Shown one piece after another: positions 10,636 through 28,577 of a stretch of 64,000 nucleotides of DNA. Each line of letters opens with the position of its first letter. The stretch's first letter is position 1. The position numbers and the translations under genes are program-made. Under the pieces are notes generated by a model. That model saw only the letters and a list, made by a program, of their open reading frames with translations. It had not been told where the DNA came from and made no database searches. Source of the DNA: Escherichia phage LinBro; sequence record OR896830.1. One strand, 5' to 3'.

Positions 10636-11034
10636 ATGAAAACAGAATCTAGAGTAATTAATGGTAAGAAAGTAAATATCATCCTGCTTGGGGCAAGAGA
10701 TGGTATTAAGATGTCTATGAAGTTGGGTAAAATTGTTGTTCCAACATTTGCACAGATGCTGTCAAGTCTTACGGATAAAGATAAGAAAGAAGCTCCAATG
10801 GTTCCATTTAAAGAACTTGTTGAAGCTTGTTTTGACAGAATTGAAGAAATTAACCTTGAAGAGATGGCTACCCTGCTGTTTCAAGGGGCAACTGTTGATG
10901 ACTTCCCACTTAATATTGATACGTACTTCCAAGCAAACTACGGTGAGTTTATTGATTACTTAGCATTTGCGCTGGAGGCAAACTTCGGAAGTTTTTTCGA
11001 AGCAAGCATTTTCAAAAGCCTAACTTCTCAGTAA
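10636..11034 (+). CDS. tail assembly chaperone (upstream frame)
   Basis: 132 aa ORF between tube and tape measure; contains slippery heptamer near its 3' end. Confidence 0.55.
   Translation: MKTESRVINGKKVNIILLGARDGIKMSMKLGKIVVPTFAQMLSSLTDKDKKEAPMVPFKELVEACFDRIEEINLEEMATLLFQGATVDDFPLNIDTYFQANYGEFIDYLAFALEANFGSFFEASIFKSLTSQ
10992..10998 (+). other. candidate programmed -1 ribosomal frameshift site (T_TTT_TTC)
   Basis: Heptamer TTTTTTC in X_XXY_YYZ register relative to ORF 10636-11034; -1 frame is open from here through ORF 11037-11276. Confidence 0.5.
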
Positions 11035-11036
11035 AC

Positions 11037-11275
11037 ATGGGTAACACTCTACAGACACCACTAACTGATGCTGCTGTAGAGGCAACCTATGAAGAAGCAG
11101 ACGAGATGAAATTTGTGCTTGCTATTTATGGTATGGAAGGGTGTAAAGAAACACTTGACCAACTCTTTGCTATGACATTCTCTGATTTATTATCATTGAG
11201 ACAATTTCTTGAAATTCAGAGGTCGTATAAAGAGGAAATTGCTTACAACGAACTTAGAAGAGCAGGAAAAATGTA

Positions 11276-11276
<1 letters not shown>
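11037..11276 (+). CDS. tail assembly chaperone frameshift extension (-1 frame)
   Basis: 79 aa ORF in -1 frame relative to upstream chaperone, immediately before tape measure gene (ATGG overlap). Confidence 0.5.
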
Positions 11277-19274
<7,998 letters not shown>

Positions 19275-19276
19275 TA

Positions 19277-20425
19277 ATGGCAGTAGGTGAAATTCAAATT
19301 AGTGCCTTGCCTCAAGCAGCCTTACCAATTGACCTTAGTGATATCTTCCATCTTAAACAGGGTATCGAGGATAAGAGATGTACTCTTGAGCAATTACTTG
19401 CTCCACACTCAAGCCTAAGAAATAACCCACATGGTGTTACTAAGACACAAATTGGTTTAGATAACGTTATTAATGCTCTCCAGTTAGTTGCTGAAAATAA
19501 CTTATCAGATATTGTTAATGTAGCTGAGGCAAGAGCAAATCTACAGATTATGTCTTCAGAAGAGGTTAATAATCTTATTCAACAGCATATTGATGATAAG
19601 AGCAACCCACACAATACTACTAAGGCACAGGTTGGGTTAAGCAATGTTCAGAACTGGGTGACATCTAACCTTTATAATGAGGATGCAGATAAGTATGCTA
19701 CAGCAAGAGCAGTAAATAACTTGTACAAGGCTGTTCAGGCTTCTTATCCAGTAGGTACTATCCATCTCTCTATGAATCCTGCAAACCCTTCTACATATTT
19801 AATTTGTGGAGGTACTTGGGAGTTAGTTTCAAAAGGAAGAGCACTTGTAGGTTATGATAGTGCTTCTAGGCCAGTTGGTTCAACGTTTGGTTCGCAGACT
19901 ACTGCACTGACAGTTAACAACATTCCTGCACATACTCACTCAGTATACGTCACTGGTGGTGGTCACACACACGGTGCAACGGCCTCTATCAGTGCTTTTG
20001 ACTACGGTACTAAAGGGACTACAACGTTTGACTATGGAACAAAGACTGTATCTACTTATGACTATGGTAACAGAACAACCAGTGCTGCTGGTTTAACACA
20101 AACAACATTCATTAATCGTGGTTATGCTGATGGTGGTTGGAGAGGTTTATCAGTTGAGGGGGCAAGCTATGACCCAAGAGCTACGCTGACAACAGCTAAC
20201 AACCACACTCACTCTGTAGCAATTGGTGCGCATAATCACACAGTGGGGATTGGTGCTCACAGCCATTCTGTTGCAATTGGTTCCCACAACCACTCAGCAA
20301 CAGTAACAGTAACCGGAGCAGGTGAGCATTCGCACTCTGGCACAACTGGCACAACTGGTTCTGGTCAAGCGTTTAGCGTTGAACAGCCATCCTTCGTATT
20401 GTATGTATGGCAGAGAACAGCTTAA
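19277..20425 (+). CDS. tail fibre protein with His-rich (HxH) C-terminal tip
   Basis: 382 aa; C-terminal ~150 aa contain repeated HTHS/HNHT/HSHS motifs and a terminal motif shared with the next gene. Confidence 0.6.
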   Translation: MAVGEIQISALPQAALPIDLSDIFHLKQGIEDKRCTLEQLLAPHSSLRNNPHGVTKTQIGLDNVINALQLVAENNLSDIVNVAEARANLQIMSSEEVNNLIQQHIDDKSNPHNTTKAQVGLSNVQNWVTSNLYNEDADKYATARAVNNLYKAVQASYPVGTIHLSMNPANPSTYLICGGTWELVSKGRALVGYDSASRPVGSTFGSQTTALTVNNIPAHTHSVYVTGGGHTHGATASISAFDYGTKGTTTFDYGTKTVSTYDYGNRTTSAAGLTQTTFINRGYADGGWRGLSVEGASYDPRATLTTANNHTHSVAIGAHNHTVGIGAHSHSVAIGSHNHSATVTVTGAGEHSHSGTTGTTGSGQAFSVEQPSFVLYVWQRTA

Positions 20426-20435
20426 TTTCTTTACA

Positions 20436-20455
20436 GGGGCTGTATAGCCCCTTTT
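20436..20455 (+). terminator. putative terminator/attenuator between tail fibre genes
   Basis: GGGGC-tgtata-GCCCC hairpin followed by TTTT. Confidence 0.5.
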
Positions 20456-20471
20456 AAGAGGAAAATTTATA

Positions 20472-22805
20472 ATGGCAGATTACAAGTTGAGTGAATTAAA
20501 CTCAATTGATACAATTCGTTCAGACGACCTCCTTCATGTCAGGGTTAAAAAGAGACCTGAAATGCTGGGTGATGAAGACCGTCGAATGACCTATCAAGAC
20601 TTCTTAGCGTCTTTTAAACTAGAAAGATTTGTTCAGATTGCTGGTAGCACTATGACGGGCGACTTAGGGATTGTTAAGTTACTTTATGGTGGTAAGGCAG
20701 TCTTTGACCCTACAGGTTCTTCTGAGATTACTATGGGGGATGTTTTAAAGACTTTTAAAATTAATGCAAATGGTCTTAAACTAACTATTGCAGATGCTTC
20801 AAGGTCTGCAACTGTTTATCATACTCTTAATAAGCCAAGCCCTAATGAACTTGGGATGAGAACTAATGCTGAGAATGATGCTAGATATGCTAGATTAGAA
20901 GTACTAAATACTTTTAAGTCTAGGCAGACAATTGTAGCAGATGGTCAAGCACTGTTGTTAAGAAGTGCAACTGATAGCCCTTCTCTCTATGTTAGAGGTC
21001 AAGACCCATCTGGAACTAATAAATGGTATGTTGGATTTAATACTTCAAATGTTCTTGGATTATCAAATGAAGCCTCTGGCACGACATTGACATTGGATTC
21101 AGCAGGTATTAATTCTAATAAGAATTTAAATATCACTGGTCAGGTTAAACCTTCAGACTGGTCTAACCTAGATGATAGATACTTTACCCAAACATTGGCT
21201 AATCAAAGATTTGCACAGTTGGCTGGTAATAACACTTTTAACGGCACTAATACATTCAACCAACTGAGTGTTTTCAAAAAAGATGGTGAAGCAATTAGGC
21301 TACAGAATGCCAATGCTGCACAACCATTGTACATTAAAGCAATTGATAGCACAGGTGTCAACAGATGGTACATTGGTAATAGTAACGAAGGTGATAACGT
21401 AGCTCTAGAAAACTACAAAACTAGTGGCAAGATTACTGTAGGGACAAGTGTTAATATCAATAAAACACTAACTGTAACTGGTCAAGTTCAACCTTCAGAT
21501 TGGACTAACATTGACTCTAGATATATTCCGGCAGCAACATTAAGTACAATTGCAAGAACTAATGCTAAGAATACTTTTTCTCAAGGTCAGATTATTAAGG
21601 CTGATGGAGAGGGTATTAGACTTCAGGGGGTAAATGATACTGGTGGTTTGTTCTTGCAAGGTTATACTTCTGATGGTGCTAAAAAGTGGTTTATGGGTAC
21701 TAATGCTTCAGGAAACTTTACTATCAGGGAGATGGTGTTAGGTACTGAACTGTCTCTTAGAGAGAACTATATCCAGTTTAATAAGAATGTAACAATCACT
21801 GGGCAGGTTCAACCATCAGACTGGACTAACCTAGATAAAAGGTACTATACCGGTTCAGCATCAAACGCCAGATACATGTATGCAGGAAAAACTGGTGAAG
21901 GTGATAATGATGCTGCTATTGCTTGGGATGCTAAGACAGGGCTGTATAATGTCAAGACTGGAGCTACATCATCAAATCTTTTACTTCAGTTATATCAGGG
22001 GTCTGAGTCATCTACACCGTCTGCGCAGCTAAGATTTAAATGGGCGAATGGTGGTATGTGGTATAGGACATCAAGAGATGGTAATGGCTTTGAGAAAAGT
22101 TGGGCTATGGTGTACACAACTGCACAGAAGCCAACCCCTTCAGATATTGGTGCATACACTAAAGCAGAAACTGACCAGAAGATTGCACAGGCAGTAAGTG
22201 ATTCAACAGACCTTAATAAAATCTACCCTGTTGGTATTGTAACGTGGTTTAACAGTAACGTTAACCCTAATACAGCACTGCCTGGTCTAACTTGGACGTA
22301 CCTTAACAATGGTGTAGGTAGAACAATCAGGATTGCAGCAGCTAACGGTTCAGATGTTGCTACAACTGGTGGTTCAGATTCTGTAACGTTATCTGTTGGT
22401 AACTTACCTTCACACACACACAGTTTTTCTGCTACTACTTCGTCTTTTGACTACGGAACAAAAAACACTAACACGACTGGTGCTCACACCCACTCTGTAA
22501 GTGGTTCTACTTCATCTGCTGGTAACCACAGCCACTCTATTTCGTGGATTGGTCAGAACTCACAGCACTATTCCGGTGGTGGTGGTGGTTACATTGGTAC
22601 AGGGCCGGGTTACACCGATGCTAACGGTGCTCACACCCACTCTGTAAGTGGTACTGCCGCTTCTGCTGGTAACCATGCTCACAGTGTTGGTATTGGTGCT
22701 CACAGTCATACAGTTAGTGGTAACACTGGTGGTACAGGTTCTGGTTCAGCATTTAGTGTTACTAACCAGTTCTATAAGTTAATGGCTTGGGTGAGGACTG
22801 CTTAA
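20472..22805 (+). CDS. long tail fibre protein with three internal tandem repeats and His-rich C-terminal tip
   Basis: 777 aa; three ~110 aa repeats each ending TGQV(K/Q)PSDW(S/T)N(L/I)D.RY; C-terminal HTHS/HSHS/HAHS motifs paralogous to the upstream fibre. Confidence 0.65.
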   Translation: MADYKLSELNSIDTIRSDDLLHVRVKKRPEMLGDEDRRMTYQDFLASFKLERFVQIAGSTMTGDLGIVKLLYGGKAVFDPTGSSEITMGDVLKTFKINANGLKLTIADASRSATVYHTLNKPSPNELGMRTNAENDARYARLEVLNTFKSRQTIVADGQALLLRSATDSPSLYVRGQDPSGTNKWYVGFNTSNVLGLSNEASGTTLTLDSAGINSNKNLNITGQVKPSDWSNLDDRYFTQTLANQRFAQLAGNNTFNGTNTFNQLSVFKKDGEAIRLQNANAAQPLYIKAIDSTGVNRWYIGNSNEGDNVALENYKTSGKITVGTSVNINKTLTVTGQVQPSDWTNIDSRYIPAATLSTIARTNAKNTFSQGQIIKADGEGIRLQGVNDTGGLFLQGYTSDGAKKWFMGTNASGNFTIREMVLGTELSLRENYIQFNKNVTITGQVQPSDWTNLDKRYYTGSASNARYMYAGKTGEGDNDAAIAWDAKTGLYNVKTGATSSNLLLQLYQGSESSTPSAQLRFKWANGGMWYRTSRDGNGFEKSWAMVYTTAQKPTPSDIGAYTKAETDQKIAQAVSDSTDLNKIYPVGIVTWFNSNVNPNTALPGLTWTYLNNGVGRTIRIAAANGSDVATTGGSDSVTLSVGNLPSHTHSFSATTSSFDYGTKNTNTTGAHTHSVSGSTSSAGNHSHSISWIGQNSQHYSGGGGGYIGTGPGYTDANGAHTHSVSGTAASAGNHAHSVGIGAHSHTVSGNTGGTGSGSAFSVTNQFYKLMAWVRTA
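21000..21850 (+). repeat. three tandem ~330-nt coding repeats inside long tail fibre gene
   Basis: Repeat units at approx 21008-21190, 21351-21530, 21671-21850 encode ..(K/R)W(Y/F)(V/I/M)G..(T/N)(G)QV.PSDW.N.D.RY. Confidence 0.55.
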
Positions 22806-22812
22806 TCCCTTA

Positions 22813-22841
22813 TTGACTGATTGTTAAGATGGTGTTAATAT
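22813..22841 (+). promoter_or_regulatory. putative sigma70-type promoter (TTGACT-N17-TAATAT)
   Basis: Read directly; overlaps a 9-bp inverted repeat AAGATGGTG...CACCATCTT. Confidence 0.4.
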
Positions 22842-22884
22842 TCTTTATAGGTATTCTCACCATCTTGGCTGATGAGGTGATTAA

Positions 22885-23079
22885 ATGCCTACAATCCTAG
22901 CAATTCTCCTAAAAAATCTAGGTAGTTTCTTCTGGAAACTCATTTTATCTCTTCTAAGTGAATACATGATTGAGAAAGTGTTCTTTAAGCTTGCAAGATA
23001 CCTTGCGGGTAAGACAGACACCCCTATTGATGATGAATTCGTAGATAACTTAGAAAAAGCTTTTAAGGGGGAGAAATAA
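22885..23079 (+). CDS. small membrane protein (holin-like candidate)
   Basis: 64 aa, N-terminal hydrophobic helix ILAILLKNLGSFFWKLILSLL, charged C-terminus. Confidence 0.3.
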   Translation: MPTILAILLKNLGSFFWKLILSLLSEYMIEKVFFKLARYLAGKTDTPIDDEFVDNLEKAFKGEK

Positions 23080-23451
23080 ATGAAGTGGATAGAGGAAGCT
23101 TTTAAAAATAATATTGGTGCAATTGTTGTTGGTATTTTTAGTGTTATTGGGATGTATACCACGATGCAAGTTTCAAGTGGTAAGCAAGAGGTGTCTGTCA
23201 CAACAAAATTACAGCAGCTAGATAATTATAGCAAATCTAATTACTCAGCTATTCGTGATTTACAGTCTGACATAAGACTTATTCAGTTAGGGATGGAGAA
23301 CCAGAAAGTTCAGTTAGAGAATGTTAAGGGTGAGAATGCAAAACTTACCAAAACTCTTGATAAATTCTCTGACAGTGTGAATAATCTGGCTCAATCAGTA
23401 TCAGCCCTCCAAGCTATTACTGAAAAGAACACAAAGAATACTGAAAAATAA
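23080..23451 (+). CDS. membrane-anchored coiled-coil protein (lysis-related candidate)
   Basis: 123 aa, N-terminal TM segment GAIVVGIFSVIGMY followed by coiled-coil heptads. Confidence 0.3.
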   Translation: MKWIEEAFKNNIGAIVVGIFSVIGMYTTMQVSSGKQEVSVTTKLQQLDNYSKSNYSAIRDLQSDIRLIQLGMENQKVQLENVKGENAKLTKTLDKFSDSVNNLAQSVSALQAITEKNTKNTEK

Positions 23452-23456
23452 AATTT

Positions 23457-23490
23457 AAGGCTCCTTTTTACGGGAGCCTTTTTTTTTTTT
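23457..23490. terminator. bidirectional rho-independent terminator between convergent gene blocks
   Basis: 8-bp stem AAGGCTCC/GGAGCCTT, 8-nt loop, followed by T12; A/T-rich on the other side. Confidence 0.7.
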
Positions 23491-23493
23491 GTT

Positions 23494-24393
23494 TTACTTA
23501 CCTACTGACAGAGGTGCTTCAATCTTTCCTGCATGTTGGTAGTTGCTAATACCACCAATAAAATCACTTGCGGTAAGGTGTTTTAGGTCACTTAGCGTGT
23601 TAAGCTGCACACCAATCTCAAAAGTAGGCGCATGGAACTCTTTATTGTTCATCAGTTCATAAACCTGCTTCATATGGTTCTGATAAATCTGAGTATCCCC
23701 AAAGACACCTATCAAGTACCGTGGAGTATATCCAGTCATCTTGCAAAGTACTTCCAGAATAAAACCATAAGATGCAATGTTAAATGGAAGACCTAAAAAG
23801 GTGTCTACAGAACGTTGATACCATTGTAAGTCAACCTCACCTTCGTTAGTGATATAAATCTGAAACAGAACATGACAAGGTGCTAAAGCCATTGAGTTAG
23901 CTGCAATATCTGCTGCATTCCAAGCATTAACAAGCATGTAACGGTCTGTGATATCACCTTTCATCTTCGTTACTAAGGTCTCTAACTGGTCTACAACACA
24001 ACCGTTATGACCTTCAAAGTTTCTCCACTGAACCCCGTAGATTCTCCCACCTGCATCTTCTAACCAGTCTTGCTCAGAAGAATAGTTAGAGCTTAACCAG
24101 CGTTTAAAATCATCTGACCAGATAGTCCAACGTTCCCCATCATTTTCACCCCAAGTACGGTAACGGAGTTCACCAAGTTTATTCTCACCATTCAGGAACC
24201 ATAAAGCTTCCCCAATAACTTGCCGTGTAAACACCTGTTTAGATGTTAAGAGTGGGAAACCAGTACGCATATCAAAACGAAATTTTGGTGGAGCAAATGC
24301 AGAGATAACATCTCCAGTTCGTGTAGTACGCAGTTCACCAACGGATAAAACATGGTTCAGGATATTTTTGTAACTCAAATCAGCTTGTGACAT
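23494..24393 (-). CDS. thyA: thymidylate synthase
   Basis: Motifs ALAPCH, LQWYQRSVDTFLGLPFNIASY and DTQIYQNH align with the ThyA active-site regions. Confidence 0.9.
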   Translation of the reverse strand: MSQADLSYKNILNHVLSVGELRTTRTGDVISAFAPPKFRFDMRTGFPLLTSKQVFTRQVIGEALWFLNGENKLGELRYRTWGENDGERWTIWSDDFKRWLSSNYSSEQDWLEDAGGRIYGVQWRNFEGHNGCVVDQLETLVTKMKGDITDRYMLVNAWNAADIAANSMALAPCHVLFQIYITNEGEVDLQWYQRSVDTFLGLPFNIASYGFILEVLCKMTGYTPRYLIGVFGDTQIYQNHMKQVYELMNNKEFHAPTFEIGVQLNTLSDLKHLTASDFIGGISNYQHAGKIEAPLSVGK

Positions 24394-24394
24394 A

Positions 24395-24940
24395 TCAAAA
24401 GTGTCCTTTTACTTGTGGAACATAGATTTCAAAGGTTGCTTTACCATCATCTGAAGGTCTCGACTGCACCTTTGCAAATACACGGTTATCATACAGCTTA
24501 TCAAAGAAGTTTTCAAAAGGTAAATACACAGTGGCCTCTTCAGTAACTTTATGGAAAACTGTATGGAAAACTACACCAGCATATGGTAAAGCATCGACAA
24601 GAACACCTGCACCACCAATTACAAAGACATCTTCATCAATAGAGCTATCAAGATACTTCAAAAATGCTCCAAAGGACTCTTTGCTGGCCTTAGCATACAT
24701 TACATCTTCTTTACCAAAGTCTATACCATAATAAGGTACAGAGTTTGTTAAGATAAGGTTTTCACGTTCTGGTAAAGGCTTACTACCCAGAGTCTTGAAA
24801 GTCTCGTTACCCATAACTACTAAGTTATCTTTAGTAAGTCTCTTAAACTCTTGCATATCCTGTTTATGTCGAGGCCACGGCATACCAGTTGGAGTGCCAA
24901 ATTCACCGTTTTCACCACTTGCAAATATTAGTTTAATCAT
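24395..24940 (-). CDS. folA: dihydrofolate reductase
   Basis: N-terminal IFASGENGEFG..GMPW and VMGNETFKTLG..PLPER.N and VIGGAGV motifs typical of DHFR; adjacent to thyA. Confidence 0.8.
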   Translation of the reverse strand: MIKLIFASGENGEFGTPTGMPWPRHKQDMQEFKRLTKDNLVVMGNETFKTLGSKPLPERENLILTNSVPYYGIDFGKEDVMYAKASKESFGAFLKYLDSSIDEDVFVIGGAGVLVDALPYAGVVFHTVFHKVTEEATVYLPFENFFDKLYDNRVFAKVQSRPSDDGKATFEIYVPQVKGHF

Positions 24941-25197
24941 TTTGTAAACCCTTTCTTAATGAACCAGTTGATGACACTCTTCACAACTTTACTACGATGG
25001 TAGATAAAATGTGGAGAGGGTTGGTATGAACCATAAGCCCAGAAAGCGATAATTTCATTACACCCTGTACATCGGGTACTTTCTTCAGCAATATGACCGT
25101 TGACTATTTCACTTACCTCACCTTGTAAGTCTGTACACCCACAATGTGGACATCGGATAGGTGTTCCATCAGACTCATAGCAGTGTTCAATTTTCAT
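24937..25197 (-). CDS. small zinc-ribbon protein
   Basis: 86 aa, CPHCGC...CTGC cysteine pairs. Confidence 0.4.
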   Translation of the reverse strand: MKIEHCYESDGTPIRCPHCGCTDLQGEVSEIVNGHIAEESTRCTGCNEIIAFWAYGSYQPSPHFIYHRSKVVKSVINWFIKKGFTK

Positions 25198-25713
25198 TTA
25201 CTTAACCTCAAAAACTGGCTCAAGAACCAATATAAAGTCTACACAGTCATCTTCTTCATCCAGAATACCATCAAAGTTCTTAGGAACGAAGTCGAAGAGG
25301 CTCATAACAAAACAGTCAGAAGTGACCCTGATAGTTCCTCCCATGTTCTCTACAGTTAACACTGTACGACTTTCTTTTACCTCCCTCAGAAGATTACTCA
25401 CAAAGTCATCTAAGAAGTACTTCATCAGTGACTTGAAACCTTTAGGATAATCTGTACCAGAGTATGTTTCAATCTGTGGTACAAGCTTAACATTTATACT
25501 AGTCTTTGTTAAGAACGTTTTAGAGAACATACTATCAGGTAACTTACAAACAGTCTTTCCAGTACCTTCATGCTCAATCTCAACAAAACCAGCTTCATCG
25601 CCACATGTAACTATTTTAAAAGATGCTTCATTCTCATACTGTGAAGCCATAAACTTTTTAAGCATTTCTTTAAGGAAATCTGCATGAGCATCCTGTAAGA
25701 AGATATCAATCAT
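25198..25713 (-). CDS. hypothetical protein
   Basis: 171 aa ORF, tightly packed with neighbours. Confidence 0.4.
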   Translation of the reverse strand: MIDIFLQDAHADFLKEMLKKFMASQYENEASFKIVTCGDEAGFVEIEHEGTGKTVCKLPDSMFSKTFLTKTSINVKLVPQIETYSGTDYPKGFKSLMKYFLDDFVSNLLREVKESRTVLTVENMGGTIRVTSDCFVMSLFDFVPKNFDGILDEEDDCVDFILVLEPVFEVK

Positions 25714-25726
25714 AGTTAATCACCTA

Positions 25727-26086
25727 TTATGGGAACAGACACTTAATGTCATCGTTTTTGAAAACAAAACTTGTGTAGTTATGACCATCAACATCCAACC
25801 AAACAGCCTGAACATCTACACCATCAAGATTCTGGTAAAGCTCTTTGATGAAGTGGTCTTTTACAATCTGACTGCTAGTTGTTTCCAGCTTAATGTTCGA
25901 GATTGCTGAACCTACAGCCATATAGCCCATGACACGTTTCTTCTCAGTATGCTTAATCTTACCATCTTTGTAAGCCATAATGAGATTGGAAAGAATCTTT
26001 ACACCATAATACTTTTCAAGGTGAGTAGGCACACCATAAAAGCCTAATGCGAAGTTTTCAGAGTGGATAATGTTTTCACGTTTCAT
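25727..26086 (-). CDS. hypothetical protein
   Basis: 119 aa ORF. Confidence 0.4.
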   Translation of the reverse strand: MKRENIIHSENFALGFYGVPTHLEKYYGVKILSNLIMAYKDGKIKHTEKKRVMGYMAVGSAISNIKLETTSSQIVKDHFIKELYQNLDGVDVQAVWLDVDGHNYTSFVFKNDDIKCLFP

Positions 26087-26087
26087 A

Positions 26088-26417
26088 TTAATCTGCCAAC
26101 CTTAAATTGAAATTAACACCAAATTTTTCGCATACTTCCAACATATACTCAAGGGAGACGTTACCAGTGAGGTGGATTATGTTGGATACACGAGCCTGAG
26201 AGATACCACAAATTTTAGCGACTTGCTCTTGAGAAAGACCTCTGGATTTAATCTCTCTCTTAAAACGATGTGCAACGAAGTCTCTCATTTCGTCTACATC
26301 CATTGGACAAATATAACTCTCCATTTCAGCCTCTCTATCAGCCTCCCAATCATCTTGTGGAGCATAAGGGTCAAAAACCTCATTCATCTTTCTTCTTCCG
26401 TTTGCGTGAAGTGTCAA
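26088..26417 (-). CDS. helix-turn-helix DNA-binding protein (XRE-like)
   Basis: C-terminal LSQEQVAKICGISQARVSNI helix-turn-helix; true start may be the internal ATG at 26387. Confidence 0.5.
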   Translation of the reverse strand: MTLHANGRRKMNEVFDPYAPQDDWEADREAEMESYICPMDVDEMRDFVAHRFKREIKSRGLSQEQVAKICGISQARVSNIIHLTGNVSLEYMLEVCEKFGVNFNLRLAD

Positions 26418-26592
26418 TCAATGAATCTATGTTTGTAGCCCTAACCTTTTCACGTTCATCGTTAAGATAATCATCAAGAGCCTTTTCAATCTGTGAATCA
26501 TCTTGACAGATAACTGTAAAGACTGTAAAGCCGTCTGTATCGTCAATTATCTTACCATAACCGCTTCTGGGATGTAACTTTTTAAGAGCCAT
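26380..26592 (-). CDS. hypothetical small protein
   Basis: 70 aa ORF with basic C-terminal tail RKRKKKDE. Confidence 0.3.
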   Translation of the reverse strand: MALKKLHPRSGYGKIIDDTDGFTVFTVICQDDSQIEKALDDYLNDEREKVRATNIDSLIDTSRKRKKKDE

Positions 26593-26593
26593 A

Positions 26594-26977
26594 TCAAATA
26601 CCTGTGCAGCTTCTGTTTTCTAAGAAATACTCAACACCGTACATAGCTTTTTGCATCAAATCTTCTTTAAACTGGATACGGTGGTTGAGCATAGACTGTA
26701 CATCAATATCATCACGGTGTTTCTCTTTAATGTTTGCAGATTGCAGGAAATACTCTGCAAGAACACGATACTGGTAGTCAGTCACCTTATCAGTCATCTC
26801 TGTTAAAGACTCTTCAGAGATTGGTTTAAGTAGCTCACCATTCGCTAGAGCAACACCCTTTACAATCTGACAAGTATCCTCTTGGACGCCTGATAAGTTC
26901 ACATTTGGTAGTTCTGTTGAATGAACTGGTAAACTCATTGTCATAACCATTGCAGCAGCTAATAAAATCTTTTTCAT
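26594..26977 (-). CDS. secreted/periplasmic protein with signal peptide
   Basis: N-terminal MKKILLAAAMVMTMSLPVHS signal-like sequence; RBS GAGG upstream. Confidence 0.5.
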   Translation of the reverse strand: MKKILLAAAMVMTMSLPVHSTELPNVNLSGVQEDTCQIVKGVALANGELLKPISEESLTEMTDKVTDYQYRVLAEYFLQSANIKEKHRDDIDVQSMLNHRIQFKEDLMQKAMYGVEYFLENRSCTGI

Positions 26978-27249
26978 AATGACCTCAAAGTTATATTAAA
27001 TTTTGTATTACGTTGAGTATAAAAATAAGCTATAACACCTGACTTGTCAACAGATTTTATAGCTTATTTGGCAGATTTTTTATAAGGCTACTGCCATCCT
27101 TCCATGCTAGACTACGCCATGCCAAACCAGACTTCACATCACCTTACCGTGCAATACATCACTTAAAAACCCTCTTAGAAGACTCTTAAGTGATACTGGT
27201 GAGTACCCGTTGGTTTATGCTGCTCAGTATACTCACCAAATTTTCTATG

Positions 27250-27438
27250 TCAACAACTTTCTAATAAAGTTTTATGAAGATTTTGCTTAACGACCCGCCT
27301 CACATGCCTATGCTCTTTCTTGATAAAGAGTGACCTCTTCTTAACAGAGCGCCTATTCTTGTAAGTATTACTAGGATACTTATCATGAACCGGACAACAA
27401 CTCCCCGGATTTGTAAACTTGATAATCTCTCTTTTCAC
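27250..27438 (-). CDS. small basic protein (hypothetical)
   Basis: 62 aa Lys/Arg-rich ORF directly downstream of ligase gene. Confidence 0.25.
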   Translation of the reverse strand: MKREIIKFTNPGSCCPVHDKYPSNTYKNRRSVKKRSLFIKKEHRHVRRVVKQNLHKTLLESC

Positions 27439-28577
27439 TATTCATAATCCCTAATAACTAACCCAACAGGGAACAGCAGAGACCCCTTACGAGTCATCTT
27501 CTGGAACTGAACCGTTAAAGGCTTTCCGATAAACTCATCAGGGTGCTCAGCAAGATACTGTTTTTTCTCATGAGTAGTCTTCCATGAGACATCTACAAAG
27601 ACGTTAGGAAGAGTCTCTACAACGAACTTACCATGACCACGTTTATCGGTCTTGACACCAGTAACTTTAAACTCTTCAGTGTGCATCTTCTTGTGCTTAA
27701 TCAAGAAGTATGAACGGTGACCACACTCATAGAAGGAGTCTTCAGAGATTGAACGGTACATTGCACCTTCAAACTTAGCTTCAACCCACTTATCATGAGC
27801 TTCATCAAACTCTTCCCAAGAATTTACACGACGAGATTTAACAGGAACAACTTTACAGCCGTCTCTAAAATCATTCAATGGTGAAGTCTCAATAATATCT
27901 CTACGCTCAGGCCACGTCTTAGTACTGTCACAGATATCGTACCAGTAAAACTTGAGTAGATGTCGGTCAGGATTGTCTTCATTTTTAATCATAGAGACAA
28001 TATCTTCTAAGTCCCACCCATGAGCATAAATCTCACCATCAAATTCATCAACATCTTTATGAATCCTCAACATTGCCATAATGTCAGGTATTAGCTCAGT
28101 AGGAATTTTATAAACAGTATTCTCACGAGAGTATGCTGTAAATACACTACCAATACTCAAGCGTCTTGAAATTCTACAACGAACACCATCAAACTTCGGT
28201 TGAGCATCAGCAGGGAATTTCAAATACTTTGCATGACTAACCTTTGAAGCATCATGAGCAAGCTGTACACCTACCTTCTCAGTATTCTGTGCAGACTCTT
28301 TTGTGTAAGCATAACCTTTACGGTCAACTTGCTTTTTATACTTAGCAGCAACTTCAAAGAGAGCTTGCTGTTCAGCGTTACGCTCATTCTTTTTACCGAT
28401 GTTTTTAGGTTCTGCTGTATACTCTTCAAACATCATCTTGCCATTTTCTTTACCATAGGTTGTAATAACTTTGTCACCTACAGCAACGCATGACCAGACG
28501 TTGAAAGAGCCATCTTTATTTTGTTTGTATAGGATTGTCATTTTATTCCTCTGAGTGATACCAAGTGTTGCAAGCAT
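27438..28577 (-). CDS. ATP-dependent DNA ligase
   Basis: Nucleotidyltransferase motif I KFDGVRC (KxDG) at ~aa 128; 379 aa, T7-ligase-like size. Confidence 0.75.
   Translation of the reverse strand: MLATLGITQRNKMTILYKQNKDGSFNVWSCVAVGDKVITTYGKENGKMMFEEYTAEPKNIGKKNERNAEQQALFEVAAKYKKQVDRKGYAYTKESAQNTEKVGVQLAHDASKVSHAKYLKFPADAQPKFDGVRCRISRRLSIGSVFTAYSRENTVYKIPTELIPDIMAMLRIHKDVDEFDGEIYAHGWDLEDIVSMIKNEDNPDRHLLKFYWYDICDSTKTWPERRDIIETSPLNDFRDGCKVVPVKSRRVNSWEEFDEAHDKWVEAKFEGAMYRSISEDSFYECGHRSYFLIKHKKMHTEEFKVTGVKTDKRGHGKFVVETLPNVFVDVSWKTTHEKKQYLAEHPDEFIGKPLTVQFQKMTRKGSLLFPVGLVIRDYE

Noticed and set aside
23080-23451. Calling ORF 23080-23451 an i-spanin
   Set aside because: It has an N-terminal TM and coiled coil, but no overlapping or adjacent lipoprotein partner; the better spanin-like candidate is the overlapped pair at 61564-62074, so only a generic lysis-related membrane protein call was kept.
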